IMG/VR virus record: IMGVR_UViG_3300009537_000013
Span: 1 to 54,875 of that record
Strand: one strand, 5' to 3'
Origin: a virus
Lineage: Duplodnaviria > Caudoviricetes
Length of the DNA stretch: 54,875 nt
Numbering within the stretch: the stretch's first letter is position 1; every line of letters begins with the position of its first letter. Below the pieces are notes generated by a model. The model saw nothing but the letters and a program-made list of their open reading frames with translations, was not told where the DNA came from and made no database searches. Positions 40,435-50,036 of the stretch are shown here, piece after piece. Both the position numbers and the translations under genes were made by a program.

Positions 40435-41306
40435 GCTGTAGCTCCTTCCAGGATCTCCGGCTTCGTCGGCCGCTTGTAGAACCCGAAGTGATCCTCCCCT
40501 TCCTTCGGCTGGATCTGCGCCGCGAACCTGACGCGCGAGCCCTGGAGCTTCCTGTTCGTGTCGCTGATGCTCCAGTCCAGGAACGCGCTCGGCACTCCGC
40601 CCCAGACGCGATTCCCGTTGTCCATCTGCACGAGCATCTTCCAGCTATCTCCGTACATCGTCTCCTCGCAGCGGAGGGAGAGGATCTCGCCCTCGATCGT
40701 CTGGCGTCCTTCCTGGAGAGCCGGCGCGTTCGCCACGAGTGCGTCGTGCTGCTCGCGCTTAGCCTGCCTGACCTTCTCCTGAAGCACGACGTTCCGAGCG
40801 GCGCTGATCTGCTTCTCGCTGAGAGTCCAGCCCTTCCGATAGACCCTCCGGTAGAGATCGAGGATGAAGCTGTTCGCGCTCTCCTCGTCGGCGGCTGCGG
40901 CTTCGAGCGCCTCGCGAACGTCCTTCGGAGTCGCCTCGATCGCTGCCTGCCGCTCGGCTGCGAGCTTCGCGTTCTTCTCTGCTGCTCGCCGGACGATGCT
41001 CGCGCGATCCGGAAGTCCCACTGTGTTCTCAGCGCACTGATGTCCGACGTGGATAATCGTGTCGCTCGGAGTGTGGAGGAAGGCCACGCCGTGTGCGAAG
41101 CGGGCTCCGCAGTGGTCGCACTGGCCGCGATCCTTCCAGTTGCCGGCGAAGATCTCGTGGCGCGAATGGGCCTGCGCGAGATCCTTATGCTCCCACTTGT
41201 ATTCGTCTGCGATCTCCTGGCTAGAGCCCTGGTAGAAGCACGCGACGAACTCATACTCGGCGGGATCGATCATGCTCGGGCGATGTGTGTCAGTCCGTGT
41301 AGTCAT
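40431..41306 (-). CDS. Conserved-type phage protein with a Zn site and an OB-fold-like C-terminus
   Basis: CDHCG..VG..C, LSEKQ and G.RV.F.A..FG.YKRPT motifs. Leaderless start after element 4. Confidence 0.75.
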   Translation of the reverse strand: MTTRTDTHRPSMIDPAEYEFVACFYQGSSQEIADEYKWEHKDLAQAHSRHEIFAGNWKDRGQCDHCGARFAHGVAFLHTPSDTIIHVGHQCAENTVGLPDRASIVRRAAEKNAKLAAERQAAIEATPKDVREALEAAAADEESANSFILDLYRRVYRKGWTLSEKQISAARNVVLQEKVRQAKREQHDALVANAPALQEGRQTIEGEILSLRCEETMYGDSWKMLVQMDNGNRVWGGVPSAFLDWSISDTNRKLQGSRVRFAAQIQPKEGEDHFGFYKRPTKPEILEGATA

Positions 41307-41358
41307 GCTCTAAGTATCGGTGTACCCGGGTACAGTTCGCATCACCCAGACGAGGGAT
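41307..41358 (-). promoter_or_regulatory. Conserved element copy 4
   Basis: Inverted repeat at 41341-41358, palindrome at 41321-41334, CCGATACT-N6-ATG. Confidence 0.85.
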
Positions 41359-41360
41359 CT

Positions 41361-41657
41361 TCACAGCGAGCCAGTGAAGTCGATCAGCGTGTCCTTCAGA
41401 GCCTTCCTCTGCTCGCCCAGCGAGCGCTTATGTCCGGGATCGCGCGTCTGCTTTAGCCGGCGCTCCACGTGCGCCAGACGCCTCCTGAGAGCCTGCACGC
41501 ATCGGCCGCACGGCTTCTCGCCGTAGTTCGGGCCACGAGCGGCGGACGCAGCCGGCTTCCCGCACAGCGGCTCCTTCGTCTCGGAATCGTGCAGATGAAC
41601 GCGCCCAGTCACGCTGCCGTCGCGCGGAACGTGGTAGAGGCGAACGAACCCAGTCAC
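41361..41657 (-). CDS. Hypothetical Zn-binding protein
   Basis: VH....LCG...C..C pattern. Confidence 0.6.
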   Translation of the reverse strand: MTGFVRLYHVPRDGSVTGRVHLHDSETKEPLCGKPAASAARGPNYGEKPCGRCVQALRRRLAHVERRLKQTRDPGHKRSLGEQRKALKDTLIDFTGSL

Positions 41658-41884
41658 TAGTCATCTCCCGTCAGCACACGTGCGAGCCGCTCGTTCACTT
41701 CCAGTAGCTCAGCCACGAGCGCCTCCAGCACAGCCACGCGAAGTCGGAGCCTATCTATCTCCGGGCTCGCCCTCTCGATCCAGCGTCCGTACACAGTCGA
41801 GCGCTCGCCGTCCCTGCCCTTGTGCCCAGTGGCCCGCTCGGACTGGGAGATGCGCTCTGCGAGTGTGCTGAGATCAGTCATCAT
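41657..41884 (-). CDS. Hypothetical coiled-coil protein
   Basis: GAGGAGG SD, coupled to neighbours. Confidence 0.55.
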   Translation of the reverse strand: MMTDLSTLAERISQSERATGHKGRDGERSTVYGRWIERASPEIDRLRLRVAVLEALVAELLEVNERLARVLTGDD

Positions 41885-42053
41885 CCTCCTCCTCAATCGA
41901 TTCGATCTCTGAGCCCGTAACCTCGCTCACGACGCACACGCAGTTCTCTGATTCACCGTCAACCCAGAGATCCACGGCCTGCTCCTTCGTCTCCGCGCGC
42001 ACGGAGTAGATTTCGCGGGCCTCGCCTCGTGCCTCAATCCTCCAGACCTTCAT
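41874..42053 (-). CDS. Small acidic hypothetical protein
   Basis: TAATG overlap with the upstream gene. Confidence 0.55.
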   Translation of the reverse strand: MKVWRIEARGEAREIYSVRAETKEQAVDLWVDGESENCVCVVSEVTGSEIESIEEEDDD

Positions 42054-42310
42054 TAGCTCTCCCTTCCCTCCAGTGTTCCCTCTCTCAGCCACCACTCGTG
42101 AGCCAGAGCCCAATCTTCGAGATCCCCACGCTCGGGCCAATACTCAGACATTCCCCCAGCCTTAGCTCGGAGGCTGTCCACTGAAGCCTCGAAGCCGTCA
42201 CGCCACGGAATCCCCATCTCCGTCAGCGGACGAAGCTGATCGATCTTCTCAGAGAGGTTCTCGCGAAGGATCTCCGCGTCCCTATCAGTGAGCGCGTCCC
42301 AGCTATTCAT
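42053..42310 (-). CDS. Hypothetical protein, leaderless
   Basis: ATG lies 6 nt after GATACT of element 5. Confidence 0.65.
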   Translation of the reverse strand: MNSWDALTDRDAEILRENLSEKIDQLRPLTEMGIPWRDGFEASVDSLRAKAGGMSEYWPERGDLEDWALAHEWWLREGTLEGRES

Positions 42311-42362
42311 ACCCATAGTATCGGTGTACCCGGGTACAGTTAACATCCCCCGAACGGGGGAA
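42311..42362 (-). promoter_or_regulatory. Conserved element copy 5
   Basis: Inverted repeat at 42345-42362, palindrome at 42325-42338, CCGATACT-N6-ATG. Confidence 0.85.
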
Positions 42363-42365
42363 CTT

Positions 42366-42611
42366 TCACCGATGCAGCGGAGAGGGCTCCACCATCCCGC
42401 CAGTATCCGTGAACCACTTGTAGCCACGGAAGCCGTGAATCTGAAGCTCCGTCTGATCGCGCTCAGCAAGAGACTTGTCGATCACGTACATCAGATCCGA
42501 TCGGCTGCGGAGCCGCACTAACTCGAACTTCGGCTCCCCACGAGCGAACAGCGTATAGCCCATCCCGTCAGGGTACGGCTCTACTCGATGTCCGAAGAGT
42601 GTCTGTGCCAT
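42366..42611 (-). CDS. Hypothetical protein, paralogue of 53366..53623
   Basis: Shared GY.L...L.R...MYV...WFTD..G..E pattern. Confidence 0.65.
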   Translation of the reverse strand: MAQTLFGHRVEPYPDGMGYTLFARGEPKFELVRLRSRSDLMYVIDKSLAERDQTELQIHGFRGYKWFTDTGGMVEPSPLHR

Positions 42612-42873
42612 GCGTCTCACTCAACTGAGAAACCGCCGGCTGTCAACCCCACTCGCTGTAACGCAGGCGCTCCACGAAGTGCTCCGGCGCGTTCCCCGCC
42701 TCGCCCATCTCACGAAGCTCCTCAACGGTCAGCCTGGCGCAGATCTCCCTACGGATCGTCCACACGCTGTAAGAGCCAACCGGATCGCCCCTGCCGGTCA
42801 GCCACCACTCTGTCCCCTCGCCTGTATCACGGGCCTCCAGAAGAAGCCCCTCCGGTGACGGCAACTGTCCGGC

Positions 42874-43203
42874 TCAGATCTCGAAGTGGTTGATCCACGG
42901 AGGATCCCCGGGCCCGGGCTCATACTCGATCAAGCCCTCCCGGACGAACACCTTCGTCTTGCCGTCCCAGTTCAGCACAAAGTCTGGGTCTACCTCGAAC
43001 ACGCCCATCACGAACTTCGCGTGCTCCTCGGATAGATCCTCGAACGCAGCCTGGTAGCCGCGAGCCACGCGCATCGCGTCATGCGTCGTCGTGCGCCACT
43101 TCCCTAGCTCGCGCCACATCGCGACACCCGCACCGATAGCCAGTCCGGCCGCTATCCCCAACATGATCTCCGTTCCCTCCATCGGGCTCTCCCTCCCGGT
43201 CAT
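42874..43203 (-). CDS. Hypothetical membrane-anchored protein
   Basis: N-terminal hydrophobic helix, coupled to terL. Confidence 0.55.
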   Translation of the reverse strand: MTGRESPMEGTEIMLGIAAGLAIGAGVAMWRELGKWRTTTHDAMRVARGYQAAFEDLSEEHAKFVMGVFEVDPDFVLNWDGKTKVFVREGLIEYEPGPGDPPWINHFEI

Positions 43204-44606
43204 AGCCTCACGGCCGGCGGAGCGAACACACGCGCCTTCGTGGTCTGCTTCCGCCTAAGCCAGTTCATCGCCTGACTCCACGCATCCACCTGATCGTCGT
43301 GGGAATCATGCGTGCTGTCAACCCGAAACATCGCGCATTCCACGACAAACGAAACCGTGCCTGCTGGAGAGCGCTGCTCGTCCACTCCGCCGGCCGGATC
43401 GGCATAGCCGGGAAGCCAGCAGTTCCCAGACTCCAGATCCCCAGATGCGGCGAACGCCCGCATCCCCTTCGAGCCAAGCGGGCCCGGGTTCACGTCATGT
43501 ACCCCGGTTATCTCGCGCTTCAGATCCACGGCAAGGTCTGAGCCGTAGCCGCCCTTCTCCACCAGCACTGAGATCTTCGCTTGCGGCCACACTGAGCGGG
43601 CCCAGTTCCACTGTTCGATTACAAGCCGGCGAGACGTGCTGTAGTTGAAGTGACCGTGAACGGAGGCGAGCAGGTAGCGATCCGACTTGTGCACGCCCCA
43701 TAGCTGGCCGGCCACGAAGTCTGAACTCTCCTTGTCCTTCTGCGGGAGATCCCACGAAGAAATCAGTTGCGTGAATGCCGGCAGCCGGCGCGAGAACTGC
43801 TGATCGGTCTCCTCGATTCCCTGCGGCTCATAGAGCTTCCACCACTCGGCACGCAGAACGTCTCCTTCGAGATTCGGGATCCACAGCCCCTCTAGCTCTT
43901 GCTTCCCGAGCGTCGTCCCTTCATACCGCTCCTTCAGTTCGGCGACGATCCCCGGCGCGAGGTTCTCGATGTTGTCCTCCATCCTCATATGCGACTTCGG
44001 GATGGTCTCGCTCTCTACAAGCCGGCGGACGAGACCGTGGCCCATCTTCGGCGTTCCTGTAGCCACGATCTTTCCCGGGCTCATCCGCACAGCGAACGCA
44101 ACAGACTCATCCCAGGATCGCTGCCATTGAACCCACAGCCCCACTTCATCGCACCATGCGCCACGCAGGTTCTTCCCCTGCACTCGAAGCGCCCCGTCGT
44201 CTGCGCCGTCGAGAAAGATCCTGGAGCCGTCTACCGTCGTGATCTCACCGATCGAGCGGTTCCACTGGCCCACCATCCCATCGAGGGCCTCCAGGATCCC
44301 CGAGGGGCCCTCTACGCACACGTCTCGCGCATCCCCATAGGTGGGAGCCACGATCGCCCAATCGCCCGGAGGATGCGTCTGAATCCACCCTGCGAGCGTC
44401 TCCGAACCCGTGCGTGTCTTTCCCGAGCCTCGCCCTCCCTGGAGATACCAGATGCGATGCTCGTCGTCTGCGGGCTCTAGCTGTTCTGGTCTCGCGAGCC
44501 TCTGCCAGCGCTCACCGTGAAGCTGTCTAAGCGTTCTGAGCTTCTCTTCGAGCGGCCAGTTCGTCCACGCCGGCTCGCTCGTCGGCGATCTCCGCTGCTC
44601 GCTCAT
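43200..44606 (-). CDS. terL: Terminase large subunit
   Basis: Walker A GGRGSGKT, Walker B AWCDE, TGTP motif III, and nuclease SWD..SDF and HDDQVDA.SQA motifs. Confidence 0.95.
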   Translation of the reverse strand: MSEQRRSPTSEPAWTNWPLEEKLRTLRQLHGERWQRLARPEQLEPADDEHRIWYLQGGRGSGKTRTGSETLAGWIQTHPPGDWAIVAPTYGDARDVCVEGPSGILEALDGMVGQWNRSIGEITTVDGSRIFLDGADDGALRVQGKNLRGAWCDEVGLWVQWQRSWDESVAFAVRMSPGKIVATGTPKMGHGLVRRLVESETIPKSHMRMEDNIENLAPGIVAELKERYEGTTLGKQELEGLWIPNLEGDVLRAEWWKLYEPQGIEETDQQFSRRLPAFTQLISSWDLPQKDKESSDFVAGQLWGVHKSDRYLLASVHGHFNYSTSRRLVIEQWNWARSVWPQAKISVLVEKGGYGSDLAVDLKREITGVHDVNPGPLGSKGMRAFAASGDLESGNCWLPGYADPAGGVDEQRSPAGTVSFVVECAMFRVDSTHDSHDDQVDAWSQAMNWLRRKQTTKARVFAPPAVRL

Positions 44607-44910
44607 CGATGAGCTTCCCGATTGCACGGTCGATGTCACTTAGCTCCAGTGGGTCGCCATCCTCGATCGGCGCGAACGCAGGAGCCTTGCCCCATCCTCG
44701 ATCGAATAGCTCCTGGATCGCACGGATCCTATCAGCGGACTTCTCGCTCTCGTCCAGCGCGATCGCAGACAGCGCCTCCACGAGCTTCTCAGGTTCCTTC
44801 AGGTTGTCCCGGACGATCTTCGAAATGCCCCGTCCGGAGCCCTTCGGCCGGCCCTTCGGGTTTCCGCTCTGCCCGGGCTTGAAGAGATGCGCTTGTGATC
44901 TGCTCGCCAC
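44527..44910 (-). CDS. terS: Terminase small subunit (DUF5681-type)
   Basis: FKPGQSGNPKGRPKG and DRGWGK motifs, directly upstream of terL. Confidence 0.75.
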   Translation of the reverse strand: MASRSQAHLFKPGQSGNPKGRPKGSGRGISKIVRDNLKEPEKLVEALSAIALDESEKSADRIRAIQELFDRGWGKAPAFAPIEDGDPLELSDIDRAIGKLIDERAAEIADERAGVDELAARREAQNA

Positions 44911-45232
44911 TGTTCTCGTCCTGTTCGTTCAGTCGCTCGACTGTGAGAATCGTAACAGGGGGATCAGAAGAGAGGATCGTTTCTCCGCCCCCTTCGATGG
45001 CGCGGAGAGCGGCGCGGGCGTTCACTATCGCCACCACGAGACGATCCAAGTCCCATAGGCGAAACTCTCCGTCTCCTGCATCCTCGGCCCATAGGTCGTA
45101 TTCGTGGACGATTGGTTTCAGCGCCTCCCGCAGCCGGTCGCGCTCGGCTTCGAGTTCCGCGATGCGGCCCTCAAGCCGGTCGATGGTATTCCAGCGCATC
45201 GTTTCGTTGTCAGCGGTTCCAGCGTCACTCAT
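44789..45232 (-). CDS. Hypothetical coiled-coil protein
   Basis: ATGAGTGA-coupled start. RIAELEAERDRLREAL. The 3' end overlaps terS. Confidence 0.55.
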   Translation of the reverse strand: MSDAGTADNETMRWNTIDRLEGRIAELEAERDRLREALKPIVHEYDLWAEDAGDGEFRLWDLDRLVVAIVNARAALRAIEGGGETILSSDPPVTILTVERLNEQDENSGEQITSASLQARAERKPEGPAEGLRTGHFEDRPGQPEGT

Positions 45233-45419
45233 CGCCGTCCCCTTCGGAGGCTCGCTCATAGGAGACCGAGATGTGGGTCGCCAGCGTGCGAATCTCCTCA
45301 GCGAGCGGCCGGTTCCCGCCCATCTCGATCCCACTGGCCACGATCCGTGCGACGAGCAGGAGGATGGCGATGACCGTTCTCTCACGCCACGTCATCGGCC
45401 TGCGCAGCCCGTCACTCAT
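45225..45419 (-). CDS. Hypothetical protein
   Basis: ATGAGTGA overlaps at both ends. Confidence 0.55.
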   Translation of the reverse strand: MSDGLRRPMTWRERTVIAILLLVARIVASGIEMGGNRPLAEEIRTLATHISVSYERASEGDGDE

Positions 45420-45726
45420 CGCTGCCCCCTTCGGAGGCGCGGAGAAGGTGAAGCACGTCTCGGTCTATCTGCGCGGTGACGTAATCGAGGCGCGGGTCGT
45501 CTAGGTCAATGCTGATGCCTTCCCGTAGCCGCTCAACCTCGGCCTCGGCCTGATTAGCCCGCGCCCACTCCTTGAGCGCGTCTTCCGAGCGAGAGGAGAA
45601 GTCCGCCTCCGCTTCCGCCAGCCTGCGGGCGAGTTCATAGACGGATTCCTCGACCGAGCGTCTATGCCGTGGCGACCCTGCCAGGAGGGTCTCCACTAGC
45701 TCCTCGTTGCTGCGCGGGTCAGTCAC
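45412..45726 (-). CDS. TDPRSNE-family small protein 4
   Basis: VTDPRSNEEL...ELARRLAEAEA...AEAEVERL. Confidence 0.7.
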   Translation of the reverse strand: MTDPRSNEELVETLLAGSPRHRRSVEESVYELARRLAEAEADFSSRSEDALKEWARANQAEAEVERLREGISIDLDDPRLDYVTAQIDRDVLHLLRASEGGSDE

Positions 45727-46007
45727 GGCTTCTCCCCCAGGGCTTCGCGGGCTACTCTGGCCAGCTCGTCGCGCTCCCGCTTGGCCCACTTCTCGCTGTC
45801 GAGCGCATCGTCTAGTCTCCGTTGCAGCCGCTCAACCTCGGCCTCCGCCTCCGCCAGCCAGCGGGCCAGATCCTCAATCACGGCCTCTGCCCGTTCCAGC
45901 CTGCGGGCGAGTTCGTCCAGGGCGGCTCGCTCTGCGGCGTAGTTCACGCCAGGGAGCACGGCGCGGATAACTTGGTCTAGCTCCTCGTTTCTGCGCTGGT
46001 CAGTCAC
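45723..46007 (-). CDS. TDPRSNE-family small protein 3
   Basis: VTDQRRNEEL...ELARRL...AEAEVERL. Confidence 0.7.
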   Translation of the reverse strand: MTDQRRNEELDQVIRAVLPGVNYAAERAALDELARRLERAEAVIEDLARWLAEAEAEVERLQRRLDDALDSEKWAKRERDELARVAREALGEKP

Positions 46008-46494
46008 GGTCGTCCTCCCCGAAATCGAACCGGTCGAGTGCGTCATCGAGAACGGCTGCTTGTTCGATCGATAGCGCCCCCGACTCGGCTACTAGCCGCG
46101 CTGCTTCCAGCACGTCGAGCAGGGCGAGCACGACTCCTTCCGGATCTTCAAATCCATAAACCAAGTCGTGCGAACTGCGCCGTAGTTCGTTGACGTTGAT
46201 CCGGTCGCTCTGAGCTTCTTGCCTTGTGCGCCGGTGTGGGATGGGCTCAGGAGTGAGCGGGTTGGGGTCGATGAAGTAGCGGGTCAGAAGCTCCCGCAGC
46301 CGCGCAACGTCGGCCTCGGCTTCCGCAGCCCGAACCCCGAGACGTTCCGCCTCATCATCGAAGAGGTCGGCGTTGCTCTCCGCCTCCGCCAGCCTGCGGG
46401 CAAGCTCCTCGATCGCGTCCACGCGGGGGGACTCGTCGTCTAGGCCGTGCAGGGCGTGGACTACCAGATCCTCGTTGCTGCGCGGGTCGGTCAT
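46000..46494 (-). CDS. TDPRSNE-family small protein 2
   Basis: MTDPRSNEDL...ELARRLAEAE...AEADVARL. Confidence 0.7.
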   Translation of the reverse strand: MTDPRSNEDLVVHALHGLDDESPRVDAIEELARRLAEAESNADLFDDEAERLGVRAAEAEADVARLRELLTRYFIDPNPLTPEPIPHRRTRQEAQSDRINVNELRRSSHDLVYGFEDPEGVVLALLDVLEAARLVAESGALSIEQAAVLDDALDRFDFGEDDRD

Positions 46495-46799
46495 GCGTCC
46501 TCCCCGAGAGCGACGCGGGCCTCGGCCAACCTCCGCTCCAACTCAGGAATCGCGGCGGCCCTTTCCTTCGCGTGCTCTAACTGCGCTTCGTAAGCGCAGA
46601 CCCAGCACCACATCGGCGCCCAACCATGCGTAAAGGCGAGGGCGTCGCCCCACCTCACCTCGCCCTCTCGCTGCTCACAGTTGGGGCATTTACTCATCGC
46701 CGCCCCCTTCGCCCGCAGATCCGCGTCTACTGCTGCGGCGAACTTCCGGAGCGCGAGGGCGGCGGCATCGGATCGCTCGTTGCTGCGCGGGTAAGTCAC
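46491..46799 (-). CDS. TDPRSNE-family small protein 1 (with CxxC pairs)
   Basis: MTYPRSNE...CPNC..CWVC..ELERRLAEA. Confidence 0.65.
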   Translation of the reverse strand: MTYPRSNERSDAAALALRKFAAAVDADLRAKGAAMSKCPNCEQREGEVRWGDALAFTHGWAPMWCWVCAYEAQLEHAKERAAAIPELERRLAEARVALGEDA

Positions 46800-46832
46800 G
46801 GTCAGCCTCAGCGCTCACGAAATCCTCGAACG

Positions 46833-47120
46833 TCACTCGTCCTCCTCCGCTCGCCTAAGAGCATCCTGCACAGCATGACGGAAGATCTCCCCATAGTAGG
46901 AGACGAAGCCGTTCACGATCCAGTCCGGCAAAGGGACGCCATCATGGGCCCCGTCAATATGGAGGAACACGCGCTCCCCGTCCGGCTTAATCACATCGGC
47001 GAGCACCACGTAGCCGAGCACGATCCCGCCCTCGCCATCTCCCTCCTCCTCGGAGAGCGCGTCCCAGTAGTCGCCTATCTGATCGACAAGCGCCTTCCTC
47101 TGTTCCTCCAGATCAGCCAT
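46833..47120 (-). CDS. Acidic hypothetical protein
   Basis: TAATG overlap. Confidence 0.6.
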   Translation of the reverse strand: MADLEEQRKALVDQIGDYWDALSEEEGDGEGGIVLGYVVLADVIKPDGERVFLHIDGAHDGVPLPDWIVNGFVSYYGEIFRHAVQDALRRAEEDE

Positions 47121-47377
47121 TACTCGAACGTGAGCCGCTCGATCGTCATGGGCTTAGCGACTTTCGGCCTCCACGAGCGCTTCGGGACAGCCACGTACTG
47201 CGCGCAGCTATCGTCCTTCTTCCGCCCCTCAGTGAGCACGTGATTCTTTGAGCCCTCGAACTCCCCGAGCACGTCCCAGAGCCCCTCGGAGTTAAGCCCG
47301 AGCACCACGTACCTCGTCGGCTTCTTCTGCTTTTTCTCCGGCTCCTGTATGGCCGGCTCCTGCTCTGCGACTGTCAT
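47120..47377 (-). CDS. Hypothetical protein
   Basis: AAAGGAGG SD. Confidence 0.65.
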   Translation of the reverse strand: MTVAEQEPAIQEPEKKQKKPTRYVVLGLNSEGLWDVLGEFEGSKNHVLTEGRKKDDSCAQYVAVPKRSWRPKVAKPMTIERLTFE

Positions 47378-47753
47378 CAGTCGCCTCCTTTCGTCGTCTC
47401 GCGTCCCAGATCGAACCGTCTCCGGCCACTCGCACTGCTGGCTTCCAGGGCCAATCGTGCGTAACGTCTAGACAGGATTCGCATACTCGCAATATCCCCA
47501 GATCGTCTAGATAGCCTCGCCGGCTGGCGACCGGGTGATAGCAAATGAACGTCTGCGGGAACGTTTCCCACCATCTCAGAACGGACTCCCCCATTCGGCG
47601 ACCGCGTAGCACAGCCAGAACACACCCCACACGATCAGGAAGAGGCGCGCAGACTCGCCGATGATCTTCGCGATCTTCACCGGCCGATCCGACAATGGCT
47701 CAGCCGGCTCCCAGCACTGCTTCTCCTGATTCCACTGCTGCTCGGGCATTCAA

Positions 47754-48215
47754 TCACGCCCTCCCGATTGACACTGACGGACGGCCCTCGAACTCTTGAC
47801 GTGCCCGATCGATGATCGCTGCATACTCAGGGTTAGCCGATGCGATCTGGCGGGCCTCGCGCCCGTCCACGCGCTGCTCGACAGTCTCCTTCACAAGAGC
47901 ATTCCAGCGATCCTCCGGCAGCCCTGCGTCACGCAGCTTCGCTAGCTCATCGAAGTCCCAGACGATCTCCTTCCTCATGCTCACACGCGCGGCACGATCA
48001 CCGGCCAGCGCCAGAGTCTTAGTGCCCCGACGCTGCGACTCCTCCACGATCGCGCGAGTCAGGATCGACTTCGCCTCTCGAACGACTAACTCATGCTGGC
48101 GTAACGCATCGAGAGCGAGCGCGCACTGCTCAGGATTGTCGAGCGAAACGATCTCTCCTGTGCCGGGAATCGCTAGCTCTGTGTGCTCCTCGATCACTGT
48201 GACTTCTTCAGTCAT
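47754..48215 (-). CDS. Hypothetical protein of the replication region
   Basis: GGAGGAG SD before MTEEVTV. P.TGEIV motif. Confidence 0.7.
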   Translation of the reverse strand: MTEEVTVIEEHTELAIPGTGEIVSLDNPEQCALALDALRQHELVVREAKSILTRAIVEESQRRGTKTLALAGDRAARVSMRKEIVWDFDELAKLRDAGLPEDRWNALVKETVEQRVDGREARQIASANPEYAAIIDRARQEFEGRPSVSIGRA

Positions 48216-48303
48216 GCTCTCCTCCGATCCTGCCTGGGCCCCGGCCTGACAGGGGAACCTCCGAGGGGGTGGAGGTAGGGCCAGCACCGGAGCCCAGACA
48301 TCT

Positions 48304-49491
48304 TCAGTCCCACGACCACTTCTCTCCCGAGGGAACAGCATCCCCGCTCTCCCTGATGGGAGAGGGAGTCGCAGGAACACTGACCCCGCCACGGCCAACA
48401 GGGGAGCCGCCGGTAACGGCATCTTCCCTCGGAAGCTCTCCAGTCCTCACGAACTTGTGATAGCCGACGAGCAGCCGGCGAGACTCCTCCGCCTCGTCCG
48501 CTCCTCGCCTCTGAGCATCGACAGCAGCCACGAGAAGATCCCGGGCCCGTCGTCTCTCGTCGCTCGACTTGAACGGCCTCGCCCAATCGCCGACATCGAG
48601 CCCAGCCGTGGAATGCGGCAGCAGATCCAGCAGAGTGATCGAGACACCGCCGATCTCTTTCTCCAGATCGAACCCCACGGTAGTCATCAGCGTTCGGCCA
48701 GCGAGATCAGCGTCAGGGATCAGCACAAGGCGCTTCTGAACGAACCTACGGGCCCACGAGGGATGCCAGCCGTTACCCCGGAACCTTCCCGGCGTAGCCG
48801 TGCTCCCTGACGAGCCAGACACGGAACCGGGCAGCGCCACAGCAGGCAAGCCCAGCGACCAAAGCGACAGCGCTGTTCCCTCGCCCTCCACCACGAACAG
48901 GAACCGTGCGCGATACTCCGTGCTCACCGTTTCCGGAGGGGGCCACGGCAAGCGCGGCCGGCCCGGAGACTGAAGCATCTTCCAGCGCCCCCCGGCGAAC
49001 GGATCATAACGAAGCACGTCGTTCAGTTCGCCCTCCTTGTCGAAGCTCGGGAGAGTCAAACGCTTCTCCGTCTCGTCCCAGCCGACTCCGAGCAGGGCCA
49101 GCGCCTCGCTCGTCCAGCCCCGCTTCTCGTGTAGACGCTCCAGAACTCCGGTCTCGCTCTGCAACTTCTCTGCTGCCATTGTCGCCTCAATCGCGACAGA
49201 CCTTCTCCGCTCGGCGTTCCACGGACGCTTCTTCGCCTCACGTGAAGTCTTGCGATCCCAGAAGAGATCGTTCCATGTGAGATCAATCGCGGCCAGCACA
49301 GCCTTGGTCGTGCAGCCAGCGTGGCAGTACACCACGATCCCTGTATCTCCAGCCCGAACCGCGAGGCTCGGAGAACTGTCCTCATGCGCAGGACAGCTAG
49401 CGAGATACTGGCCCGCCACCTTACGGACGTTCTCTAGCCGGCTCAGTACCTCGCTGAGCTTGTCGATCGCGGGATCAGGAAGATCGGCCAC
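48304..49491 (-). CDS. DNA primase (Zn-binding + TOPRIM)
   Basis: CPAHED..PSL...CHAGC, VVEGE and PDADLAG motifs. Confidence 0.85.
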   Translation of the reverse strand: MADLPDPAIDKLSEVLSRLENVRKVAGQYLASCPAHEDSSPSLAVRAGDTGIVVYCHAGCTTKAVLAAIDLTWNDLFWDRKTSREAKKRPWNAERRRSVAIEATMAAEKLQSETGVLERLHEKRGWTSEALALLGVGWDETEKRLTLPSFDKEGELNDVLRYDPFAGGRWKMLQSPGRPRLPWPPPETVSTEYRARFLFVVEGEGTALSLWSLGLPAVALPGSVSGSSGSTATPGRFRGNGWHPSWARRFVQKRLVLIPDADLAGRTLMTTVGFDLEKEIGGVSITLLDLLPHSTAGLDVGDWARPFKSSDERRRARDLLVAAVDAQRRGADEAEESRRLLVGYHKFVRTGELPREDAVTGGSPVGRGGVSVPATPSPIRESGDAVPSGEKWSWD

Positions 49492-49997
49492 TACTCGAAC
49501 GGAGCGTCATCGTCCGATGGAGCAGGGCGATCCTCATACGGCATCGGCGAACCATCCGGGTACGTGCGCGCGGACTCGATGTCAGGGCCCGACGCAACCG
49601 TGGCCGGCGCATCTCCCCAGTTGAAAGAGCCGCCCTCTCGCTCGGGCATGACGCCCGTGTAAGCGTAGTAGCTGTTCCCTCCGCCCTTCGGCTCCACGAC
49701 GCCCTCGAACTGAAGAACGATCTTCTCGCCGAAGTCTGGCTTCAGCTTGTGAACCAAGAGGTTATAGAGGAGCGTGCGGAATCCGTGGACTCGAACGCGC
49801 TTCCCGTCCTCCGTCTCGACAGTGATGATCGGATAGCGAGAGGGCCCGTCACCGCCGAAGCGATCGTTCTCTGCCCAGTCAAGATCCACGCACTTCCCGA
49901 CGAGCGGATTCGCGTTCATCTCAGTCTCTTCGTTCTCTACCTCTGTGAGATCCGGCCTCCACGTGAGCGGCGGCTGAATCGTCTGCTGCTCTGACAT
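49491..49997 (-). CDS. Single-stranded DNA-binding protein-like
   Basis: OB-like core with an acidic DDDAPF tail, adjacent to the primase. Confidence 0.6.
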   Translation of the reverse strand: MSEQQTIQPPLTWRPDLTEVENEETEMNANPLVGKCVDLDWAENDRFGGDGPSRYPIITVETEDGKRVRVHGFRTLLYNLLVHKLKPDFGEKIVLQFEGVVEPKGGGNSYYAYTGVMPEREGGSFNWGDAPATVASGPDIESARTYPDGSPMPYEDRPAPSDDDAPFE

Positions 49998-50036
49998 CGA
50001 CTTATCTCCTTCCGGTAGCGCAGCGGATAGAACGGA

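Noticed and set aside
40331-41456. Long alternative-frame ORFs 40331..41254 (-) and 40488..41456 (+)
   Set aside because: They overlap the motif-bearing, promoter-linked gene 40431..41306 and have shadow-like composition.
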